Translations under genes and position numbers: made by a program
The notes under the pieces: model-generated
Told to the model about the DNA's origin: nothing
The model's input: only the letters and a program-made list of their open reading frames with translations
The model's database searches: none
Source: Stramenopiles sp. TOSAG23-3
Taxonomy: Eukaryota
Reading direction: 5' to 3'
DNA: 41,358 nucleotides
Assembly (NCBI GenBank): GCA_900128585.1
Contig: LT642178.1
Coordinates: forward strand, 1-41,358
In this document: positions 20,697 to 29,800 of the stretch, in pieces
How the letters are laid out: each line of letters opens with the position of its first letter
Position numbering within the stretch: position 1 is the first letter of the stretch

Positions 20697-21476
20697 ATGG
20701 TACGCGGACCAAAGAAACATATGAAGCGCTCCAATGCGCCAAAACATTGGATGCTGGACAAAATGGGTGGAATGTGGGCCCCACGCCCTTCCACTGGGCC
20801 TCACAAACTTCGCGAGTGTCTTCCAGTTATCTTGATACTTCGCCAGCGCCTCAAGTACGCCTTGACCGGTCGCGAAGCCACCCAAATCTGCATGCAAAAG
20901 CTTGTGAAAGTCGACCAGCGGGTACGCACCGACCCCAACTTCCCAGCAGGTTTCATGGACGTTATCTCTTTGGACAAAGCCGGCGACAACTTCCGTCTAT
21001 TGTACGATACCAAAGGTCGATTCGTTCTCCAGCCATTGACGAAGAAGGAAGCCACTTACAAACTCTGCCGCGTCCAAAAGGTCGCCGTTACCAAGAAGAA
21101 AGTACCATACGTCGTGACCCACGACGCGCGTACCATTCGCTACGCCGACCCTCTTATTAAGGTTGGCGACACCGTTAAAGTTGACGTCAACACCAACAAA
21201 ATCACCGACTTCGTTAAGTACGAACTTGGAAACCTTGTTATGTGCACTAAAGGGCGCAATACTGGTCGTATCGGTACGTTGACCCACCGTGAACGTCACC
21301 CAGGTAGCTTCGACATTGTACAAGTTACTGACGCCGCCGGCAACACTTTTGCCACGCGCGATACCAACCTTTTCGTTATCGGAAAGGGTAGCAAGCCGAT
21401 GGTTGGTGTGCCAAAAGCCAATGGTGTGAGAATCAGCATTCTTCAAGAGACTGCTCAACGCATGGAGCGCAAATAA
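20697..21476 (+). CDS. RPS4: 40S ribosomal protein S4 (eS4)
   Basis: [22 protein letters not shown]...[10 protein letters not shown] is the eS4 signature. True ATG at 20697. Strong codon bias. Confidence 0.98.
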   Translation: MVRGPKKHMKRSNAPKHWMLDKMGGMWAPRPSTGPHKLRECLPVILILRQRLKYALTGREATQICMQKLVKVDQRVRTDPNFPAGFMDVISLDKAGDNFRLLYDTKGRFVLQPLTKKEATYKLCRVQKVAVTKKKVPYVVTHDARTIRYADPLIKVGDTVKVDVNTNKITDFVKYELGNLVMCTKGRNTGRIGTLTHRERHPGSFDIVQVTDAAGNTFATRDTNLFVIGKGSKPMVGVPKANGVRISILQETAQRMERK

Positions 21477-22011
21477 GTTAGTTTTACAATATACATAATA
21501 CTCGAATATTTTAATATTTTTTGAATAGTACGCCTCCCAGTTAGTAGACTACCAAGTTTAAAGACCTCTAAATAGTTCTTCGTATTTACGAAATGCAACC
21601 GAGTCTTGTCCGTTCCTTCTCTGTGTGCTTGATAGTTCCTGGGAAAGGACGGACGCGTCGTATGTGGGGGGGGGGGGTGCGTGGAGACAAATTGCCACTC
21701 AAAAAAATTAAATCTTATTGTGAGAGCTTTGTAGTTTTTATTGATCTGCGTCCTTCACCCCTCCCCCAAAAAATATAAGAAATTATTATTAAATAAAACA
21801 TATGATACTTATATATTTTTTTTTTTTTTATTAAATAAAACGTTTAAACGGAACACTAAGATATCATACGTATGATCACATTTTGTTTATATTATTTACT
21901 TATATCATATAATTATGCCTATGCGATAATTTTATAAACGCAAAGCCCCACACGGCCCATGCCATTGGCAAAGGAAGGTACCGTAGGTAATTCCCTTGGA
22001 CGCCCCGAAAC

Positions 22012-24039
22012 TTATATCGCCACTTCCAACTTCTCTCGTGACATGAGTATCACTTCCCCCACTCTGTCCTCTGTGCCTTGACGTTTAGCAATCCACTTGT
22101 GGTCCAAATAGGTGGTCGTTCGGAAAGTCGTGTCGGGCGCGAAGGTATGGAACAGCTGGTCCTCGCCGCTGTGGCTAATCCAGTAAAGGTCAACTGGGAA
22201 AGGGTTCGTGTTCTTAAACACAACGTTCAGGCGAGACGCTAAATGATTGTTCTTGGGGCGTTTTGCGTTCCATATCCACAGATTTGCAGCCCACTTTGTT
22301 CCCTGTATAATTGGGCATCCGCCATGGAAACTCTGCGGGTCAAGTTGGGCGTCCGGAGTCTGGCTGTAGAACAGAATGGCATCACCTTTCTTAGGGTAGA
22401 CAGCCAGTCCCTCTCCCTGTCCACACTCCCACGAAAACGAGTCCGCCTTATCTCCCTCTTTGTCACCGTCGCTTTTTCCACCGCAAGCCGCCTCACAGCT
22501 AAAGGCCGTGTGCTCACAATTCACTTGCATAACTCTCCGGCCCCCTTCGCACTCGCAGTACCCTGAAATATTTTGACCCTTTGGAATTTGCCGACCACAC
22601 CCCAAGTCCATAGCCGGCACCCGGGGTCCAGAGGGGTCGCAGTCTCCCGTGGCTCGCCAGCCCACGCACCCGCGTTCAAATTGCCTGTTCGAACACTCTG
22701 TGCTCTCATCTTTATTTGCTGTGCACTGAAATGGTCCCTTCGCTTTTGCATTCTCGGCAGCCTTTGCTTTTGCGCTATTTTTAGGAGAGTGGGACCTTGA
22801 TTTTGGGAAAATAGTCGCCCCTCCTTCTTCCACGTCCCCAAGGTAGCAGAAAATTGTAAGAAAGCGGTTCGATCCCCCGGGCTTCGAGGGGTCGTCGTTC
22901 TCGTACTGCCCAGTAAAGTAGTCCGTGTGCCCAACGTAGGTCTGGCCCGGCAAATAGCGGAGTATCTGTAGCCCATCTGCCATCTCTTTTTTGAAAGGCA
23001 AGCGAGCCAGAGCAAACCCCCGCCGTTGCACCGCAAGGGACTCGTTTGTGCTGGTGTCCCAGGCGTTGCGACTTGTTCGATCAACAGAAAGGCCAGTGTT
23101 GTCTATGCCCACGGACGACCGCTTGAGTCTGTCCGTTGCAACCGCCTTGAAATGATCGATTTCGGCGTCCGACAAAAAATTACTAACGCGAAATACTAAT
23201 GGTGATAAAGACAAAGTTTCCAGTCCCACTCTTTCCCCTGGCTCTGCGGGCACAACGTTCGGGGGCTGGAACTTGTGCCCAACTGCTTGAGGTGACCACA
23301 CATACAGCGCGTTATGTTGGACGTAGACAAGGTTCACCACGCCGTCGCCCCCGCTCTCCAACAATGATTTTTGGGCGTGGAAGAGTCCATCCAAATTGGC
23401 AAGTGTCCCAAAATCCGTATAGAGTTGCAATGGACCGAATTCTTTGGCCGAGCTCGGTACCACTGCCTCAATGGCGCCCCTAAGGCTTTCGAAGCTGGCC
23501 AACTCGTGCGTCCCCAGCACCAAGGGCGTGCCGAATAGGCAGCACTTTCCGTTCGCGTGAACCCGGGTGTGTATTAACGGCAGTTTCGGGGGCATTTCAA
23601 ACAACATATCCATCATCAACTTGTTCCACTTGTTTTTGTCCATGGCCTCCGGGCTGGGACGTGGCAGAATATGCGACCAGAAATGAGTGTGCCAGTACTC
23701 ACGCGCCCTTGGGGAAATGTCCGAAGTGACCAACATGAGGAGAAAAAATCCTGCCGGCAGCAGCACGACAATTATCCAAAACAATGTACACATCCTGTCC
23801 AGTCTAAGGTAAGTTTCAGGCCGAATGTTGATCTCCTTGGTTCCAATTGGCTCATCCTTGCCCTTCTTGTCGTTATTTCCATTCTTGACGCGCTTGGAAT
23901 CGCCAGGCGCGGCGTCGGCCGTCTTGGAACGAAGCGGGTTCGTCTTGGTCGCCTGGACTGTTCGTCCTTTTCCGCTGCTTTCTTCCCCCTTTTGCTTGCC
24001 CCCTTTCGTTCCCTCTTGCCTCCTCTTCTTTCGCCCCAT
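22012..24039 (-). CDS. Type II membrane prolyl 4-hydroxylase (2OG-Fe(II)) with Cys-rich insert and C-terminal VHL-beta-like domain
   Basis: NFLSDAEIDH, LQILRY..GQ.Y..HTDYF (HxD), EEGGATIFP, PKKGDAILFY and HGGCP..GTKW motifs. One TM segment. First ATG at 24039 (the track uses a TTG at 24087). Confidence 0.9.
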   Translation of the reverse strand: MGRKKRRQEGTKGGKQKGEESSGKGRTVQATKTNPLRSKTADAAPGDSKRVKNGNNDKKGKDEPIGTKEINIRPETYLRLDRMCTLFWIIVVLLPAGFFLLMLVTSDISPRAREYWHTHFWSHILPRPSPEAMDKNKWNKLMMDMLFEMPPKLPLIHTRVHANGKCCLFGTPLVLGTHELASFESLRGAIEAVVPSSAKEFGPLQLYTDFGTLANLDGLFHAQKSLLESGGDGVVNLVYVQHNALYVWSPQAVGHKFQPPNVVPAEPGERVGLETLSLSPLVFRVSNFLSDAEIDHFKAVATDRLKRSSVGIDNTGLSVDRTSRNAWDTSTNESLAVQRRGFALARLPFKKEMADGLQILRYLPGQTYVGHTDYFTGQYENDDPSKPGGSNRFLTIFCYLGDVEEGGATIFPKSRSHSPKNSAKAKAAENAKAKGPFQCTANKDESTECSNRQFERGCVGWRATGDCDPSGPRVPAMDLGCGRQIPKGQNISGYCECEGGRRVMQVNCEHTAFSCEAACGGKSDGDKEGDKADSFSWECGQGEGLAVYPKKGDAILFYSQTPDAQLDPQSFHGGCPIIQGTKWAANLWIWNAKRPKNNHLASRLNVVFKNTNPFPVDLYWISHSGEDQLFHTFAPDTTFRTTTYLDHKWIAKRQGTEDRVGEVILMSREKLEVAI

Positions 24040-24277
24040 TACTATAACTTCGTTCAAATCTATCCACGAATTGGGGTGGGGCTGCAAAACAGAGAGGAAA
24101 ATGCTCGTCTATTGTTTTTATTTGAAATTAATGTCATCAGACTTCACTTATCATCATTTTGATTGTTTATTATCCTGTATTTTAATTTACCTATTATTAT
24201 TTCGGGGGAGGACGGAGGGAGGAGGGGGGGATGATGATTGGTGCAGCAGCACAAGGAGGCACAAAGCACAAAAAACA

Positions 24278-24436
24278 ATAATAATTATTATTATATATTT
24301 TTTTATTATTATTAGTAGTAGTAGGACTAATACTACTACTGTAATTATTATTATTATTTTATTATTATTAGTCCTATTATTATTATTAAAAAAAAAACAA
24401 AAAAAAAAAATTATTATTATTATGATTATAATGATT
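24278..24436 (+). repeat. (TTA/TAA/TAG)n low-complexity tract in a divergent spacer
   Basis: Directly visible trinucleotide runs. Confidence 0.8.
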
Positions 24437-24610
24437 ATATGGTGACATTGATCGTATATTAGTAGAGAACTTCTATGATAGTATATTACAAGAAATAAAT
24501 GGTTTGTATAACTTTGCCCGATCGATAGAATTTACTCCTGTTTTTTTCCATTCCTCTATTTGCCGTTCATTGATAAATCGACCGACTGACCGACAGACCG
24601 ACCGTGAGCC

Positions 24611-25201
24611 ATGACGAAGAAGAACCACGCTGGGCGTCCGTGGGAGTTCAACATTAACAACTCTTCGACGACGGATCTGCAGCTTACTGCGGGTGATGAG
24701 AAGCTGGATGGGAAAGGTGACAACCGCCCGGGTTTACAGGCGTTAGGGTATACGAGCAAATCAGTGGTGCTGGACCAGGTTGACCAAGAGGGGGGGTCTG
24801 TGGACAAGACCCAACTTGATACTTTAGAACGAGTGGCGTGGTCCACGGCCCGCGCCCCTGCGAGCCAGCTGTTCATGACCGGTTTTATGCTTTGGATGAG
24901 TGGCGCGGGGGTCCACATTTTTAGTATTATGATCACTGGTATGGCGCTTCTAAACCCTTTGAAAGCGATCGCCAACACAGGGGAGGTGTTCAAGCGCTTT
25001 AAGGCCCCCCGCGGGGCAAGGCTGAACCTGCTGCCTATGAAGCTGACCTACATAGCAATCCAGTTGGTCGCGTTTTCAATGGGTATCTGGAAGATAAACA
25101 AAATGGGCCTTTTGCCCCTTACCAGTGCGGACTGGTCGGCTTCGATGCTGCAGTTGCGGAATTTTCAAGAAACATCCGTCCATATTACGAACGATTTGTA
25201 G
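24611..25201 (+). CDS. EMC4: ER membrane protein complex subunit 4
   Basis: AWSTARAP..LFMTGFMLWMSGAGVHIFSIMIT...NPLKAI and KINKMGLLP..SADW (DUF1077 family pattern). Confidence 0.93.
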   Translation: MTKKNHAGRPWEFNINNSSTTDLQLTAGDEKLDGKGDNRPGLQALGYTSKSVVLDQVDQEGGSVDKTQLDTLERVAWSTARAPASQLFMTGFMLWMSGAGVHIFSIMITGMALLNPLKAIANTGEVFKRFKAPRGARLNLLPMKLTYIAIQLVAFSMGIWKINKMGLLPLTSADWSASMLQLRNFQETSVHITNDL

Positions 25202-25280
25202 TGTGTGCATGTAAGAAGTACAGAGTACGCCGACAAGATAAATTATTTGTAATTCTAAAGTTTTACGTAATAAAATCAAA

Positions 25281-25976
25281 ATTATGGCTGTTATTGAAGT
25301 AATTTTTAAACATCCAAGAAAATTGGCTGGTAATTTTAAACTCAAGAAAATTGGCTGTTAAGCAATTAAAACACAGTACGAAGTAGATTAAAAACAAATT
25401 TTATTTGGAACTGAAACCGCAATTGACATAAAATGAGGGTCTTAAATTGCATACTATATATTTTATTTTTGTTTTTTATTAATATTAAAGGGTATTAGTT
25501 TTTTTTTTAAAAGGGTATTATCATACCAAAAGAGTCGTACGGATCCTGGCAATCACAACACAATTCTAGCCGCTGTTCGAGTTCCGGTAATAAAAGGACG
25601 ATTGATTCCTCAGGTGACTCTGATGAGTTCAGCGAAAAAGTGATCTTCTCACAAGACTCTCCAAAGGTGGTTGCTATTATCACGGACCTCGACTGGGAAT
25701 TGAATCGTTTTGTTGAGTTCAAATCGCCTTTCACAAGAAAAGAAATATTATCACCTGGTAATAATTCTTCTCATTGGAATAAANNNNNNNNNNNNNNNNN
25801 NNNNNNNNNNNNNNNNNNNNNNNNNNNNNNNNNNNNNNNNNNAATCAAGTTAAACCATCAAGATAGGATTAGGGTTGGAACTGAAATAGTAATTGATTTA
25901 AAATGAGAGTCTTAAAACATATGATACTATACAATTTAAAAAAAAACAACAAATTTTATTTTATCATACCAGAGTC
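25281..25976 (+). repeat. Cluster of convergent-spacer repeat modules with diverged direct repeats flanking a coding-like remnant
   Basis: CAAGAAAATTGGCTG twice (25316, 25343). TTGGAACTGAAA..AAATGAG.GTCTTAAA..TATCATACCA..GAGTC at ~25406-25536 and ~25875-25976. Confidence 0.85.
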
Positions 25977-25993
25977 TGTTTTTTTGTTTGTTT

Positions 25994-26968
25994 TTAAAGT
26001 CGACGTTTACTGCCACGCCGCTTCTCGAATTCTTGGAGTGCTTTGTACGTCTTCACCCTTGCACTGATGATGCTTCGCTTCGATTTGACCAACTTGAAAG
26101 CCTCGTCAATGGTGTGCCCTTTGGATACATACCATGCAAGGGACATGGTCGCGGCCCGGCCGATACCGCCTTTGCAGTGGATATACACCTTTCCCGTGAC
26201 CAGCCCAGACTCTTTCTTTTTTTTGAGGATTTCGCCGATAAAGCGGACGCCACGCTCCAAATCGTCCGTGCTCGGAGAAACCGTGTCGACTGTCGGAAGA
26301 CGAACTTGCTGTATACCGTACTGCGCGTATTCATCCTGTGGCCCCGCCCATTCCTTACACATGTTGACCACCCCCACAATCCCTTTGCTGTGAAGGTATT
26401 CTACATCACTTGCCATTGGCATCGATCCAACCACGATCTCGTCGTCGATCTCGGTTTGAAAGGGCCCCAACAGTCTATGCTCGAACACCCGACTGAGTCG
26501 TGCGACGCCAAGAAGGGGCGGGTCAAAACAGGTGCTGATTAAAGTCTTCGTCGCCGTTCCGGGGTGGTCCACCGTCCGGCACGCCAGGCAGAATGGTACA
26601 ATCCATATTACAGCACTTTGCCATCGTAGCTGCGATTTTATTCCAGGAGAAAATAGTTTTCGCACCACAAAGAACGGTAAGGACAAAACCAGAGAAACCC
26701 AAACTAAGAAGGCCACACAAAGTACAGCATCAAAAATAAATGTAACAACTAAGCTGCCCCCATCCGGTTCAAACAGAGACGGCGTCGGGCCCTTAGCGCG
26801 TGTAAATACGGACGCACACGCAAAAATAGATGCAATGGGAACATAACCGGCAAAGGGGCGCCTTTTCCCAAACAGAAATGCAGCTGAAAACGTCAAAAAC
26901 CAACCGGCCAAACACCAAAACAGCGAAATTGACACATGGGTTGTTGATGCGTCATTCCCGTCCGACAT
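25994..26968 (-). CDS. PTPMT1: PTPMT1-like dual-specificity / phosphatidylglycerophosphate phosphatase with N-terminal TM segments
   Basis: GVVNMCKE, LPTVD and VYIHCKGGIGRA (HCKAGRxRS family). Hydrophobic N-terminus. Confidence 0.8.
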   Translation of the reverse strand: MSDGNDASTTHVSISLFWCLAGWFLTFSAAFLFGKRRPFAGYVPIASIFACASVFTRAKGPTPSLFEPDGGSLVVTFIFDAVLCVAFLVWVSLVLSLPFFVVRKLFSPGIKSQLRWQSAVIWIVPFCLACRTVDHPGTATKTLISTCFDPPLLGVARLSRVFEHRLLGPFQTEIDDEIVVGSMPMASDVEYLHSKGIVGVVNMCKEWAGPQDEYAQYGIQQVRLPTVDTVSPSTDDLERGVRFIGEILKKKKESGLVTGKVYIHCKGGIGRAATMSLAWYVSKGHTIDEAFKLVKSKRSIISARVKTYKALQEFEKRRGSKRRL

Positions 26969-27794
26969 CTTCCGATATCACTATGTATTTAACAAATCTA
27001 GACCCGAAAGAGCAGTAGGTTTTAATGTCGTCTCAGCATGATCTATTAAGAACTGCATTTTTCTGTTCAATACCGTCTGAAATAAAGACGTTCTAATAAA
27101 GTGGTTGTTGTATTAATTATTCGATATGTTATTAGTTTTTTTTAACAAAAAAAACAAATTTTTGTACATACTGCTGCTGCTATATTAATAATTTATTATT
27201 AATATTATTTTACTTACAGCAGCAGCACAGTTTTATAATTATTAGTATAGCTATATAGACTAGTAGTAGATTTTTTTTTTCTTCTTATCACTTTTTTTTT
27301 TGGTGACGACGACGAAGAAATTATTCCATTCCGTATTATTGTATTAATTATACACCACACATACAGTATTATTATATAATAAATAAACAAAACATTTTTT
27401 ATATTTCTACTCTAAGCAGGTATTCCCTGGAGTCTCGTCTCGGGAGGTATTTTTAGCCGGGAGAGCGGGACGGGAGAGATTTTTCATCGGGAGGATTTCT
27501 CCCGAAATATCAAAAAAATTAAAATACATTTCATATTTTCCTACGAAAGTTATGGAATATTGTACTTATTGACTTGTGATGTATATTTATTTTAAGACCA
27601 TTAAAATATATAAATCCCTTAATTATATATTTGTTTGTTGAATATATATCATCACAGCCGGTGATATATAATCACAGTATCTAAAAAGAGGGGGGAAAAT
27701 GACGAAGTCATGAAGAGTTGTAGTTGTAGTGTCGTTAATCGTATACTACGGCTCCAGTCCTCCTCGATCGTAAGAAGACTTCAGATATAATTAT

Positions 27795-28011
27795 TAATCC
27801 AAGTGATTCTTCATGTCGCATTTTAAAATTATTTTGGAAACCAACCCTTTTATTCATTTTGTATTCTAATGTGTTTTGATAGGGATATAGGGTATGCCTA
27901 TGTAATAAATATCCCTATCAAACACATATTAGAATACAAAACGAATAAAAGGGTTGTTAGTTAGTTGGTTTCCAAAATAATTTTAAAATGCGACATGAAT
28001 CACTTGGATTA
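27795..28011. repeat. Long near-perfect inverted repeat (~95-105 nt arms, ~20 nt loop)
   Basis: TAATCCAAGTGATT...GATAGGGATAT pairs with ATATCCCTATC...TCACTTGGATTA, with few mismatches or indels. Confidence 0.95.
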
Positions 28012-29800
28012 TTGACCAACTCCATGCTCATTTTGGAGCTGATTTTGTAACGAGTTTTGAATATTCAAACGGTTTTTTAACATTCGTGCTCTTTGGTTAT
28101 TTCGTGGGTTATTCGGTACTATTGAGTTATATTCGTGTGAGTCCAGAAGCATATTGAGTGCATACACGTTTGGCAACTTCAGAAAGGGCGTGAGGCCAGG
28201 TGCAGCAGCATACCGGGGGCCTTTGGAACGGGGGAATGATGAGGGGTGCGGGTGAAAATACCCATAACTTGAAAAACATTGGAGAGAATCATGTTCCGAG
28301 TTTTCGATGTCCCTTCTATGGCTTCTTCCGTTTGCGTCGATTCCACTTTCAGCAAAAATGGTGATGGGAAAGTGTGTTTCTGGTACCTCACCAAGTCGGA
28401 TAGTCGGGTTGCACCCCGCGCTATTTACCCAACCCCCGGCTGGAGAGCACGCTGGTGATGTGTGGAGAAGTACGAAACGTTTAAAAGACCACTTTGTGGT
28501 GATTTATAATTTAAAATTATGGTCTAACTTAATATATTTTATCAAAATTCACACACTTATATTTAAAATTATTGTTTAACGTAATATCTTTTATCTAAAT
28601 TCACACAAATTTATCCAAACGACAGGTGAAAGGCAATTCTGCCACCAGATCAAGATTTAATAAAAAAATGAGTTAATGCTATTCCTATGTAATTCGTACA
28701 AGTTTTCATAAAAAATAATAAGACGACATGTTAATTTAATTACGTGCTAAAACGCGATACTGTACACCTGTTTATCAAAGTGGTCCGTGTCCTTGGCGCG
28801 AATAAAAATCCGCCTCGATTTTCAAAGTATGGAAGCGTTTAGACAGAAACTAACAAAAAAAAGAAAGGGGGACGCCTAATTGCATAAATCTAGCCCGGTT
28901 GATCGCTCCTGGAACGATGTCCGGCCATGACCGAACGTTTATAAATTGTTTGCCCTCAAATTTCGGTTCCTAGGGACAATTTGTTTGCAAATTGACGATG
29001 TAGACCAAACGCCACGCGAACAAACACTTGTTCGTTTGTTGCCGCTACAAAAATGAATCGTACCAGCATACTTTTACATATTAGAAAGCACTTTTGGCGG
29101 TTTAAATTTATAAAAATTATTTTTATTCATAAAGATCTCTACGTTTGAAATAGTTAACTTTTTTTGTTTCCACTTTTTCAACTTTGCGCCGCATTGACTG
29201 TTCTTCGCGAGAGGAGGAAGGATATGATGGTTCCTGGGGACAATATTTGTTCTCCATGCTGTGTCTATATAATATAGTAAATGAAGAGAAATATTATATT
29301 TCTCATCAAAATATTTTCTTCAGCGTCGTTAATTTGTGGGCAAGAACACAGTTAGCATATAAATATAAAGGAAATAAAATTTTGTTTGTTATAACTTTTT
29401 TCAATGCTATTACGTGTACAAAAGAAGAGGAAAAGCAAACATTTCCTGGATGTACTAAATTACCTTAATCACGAATTTAAAAAAAGATGCATCCTCCAGC
29501 CTCCAGCTACGTTAATAATAAAAAAAGATGGCAGTTATTATTATTATATTATTATAAAGTTATAAATAGAAGAGGAGAAGACGACCCCTCCCCCATCCCA
29601 TCATCCACCACCAATAATAAAATAATAATAATAAAAAAAAAGAAAAATAGCAGAGAAGTTATAAAAAAAGAAAAAAAAGGATTGAATGGGAAATTGTACG
29701 TCCATATGAAATCTGAGATACCAGGCATGTGGTGGTTATATTTTGTTTGTGTGTATCCGCTTAATTTTGCATTTGTCGCGTTTGGTTCGAAAGACACGAT

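Noticed and set aside
22864-22882. tRNA T-arm-like GGTTCGATCCCC
   Set aside because: It lies antisense within the P4H CDS and no cloverleaf forms. The same applies to GTTCGAGTTCC at ~25575.
23825-24445. ORFs with poly-Ile/Phe/Met runs (also 6163-6596, 13919-14185, 29487-29939, 36208-36920)
   Set aside because: Translations of microsatellites or AT-rich spacers.
25281-25976. CRISPR-like array interpretation of the recurring modules
   Set aside because: Irregular spacing, mixed orientations, eukaryotic context and no cas genes.
28965-29251. Imperfect ~22-bp direct repeat GGTTCCTRGGGACAAT..TTGTT (28965 and 29229)
   Set aside because: Only two short copies with no further structure, so too little to interpret.
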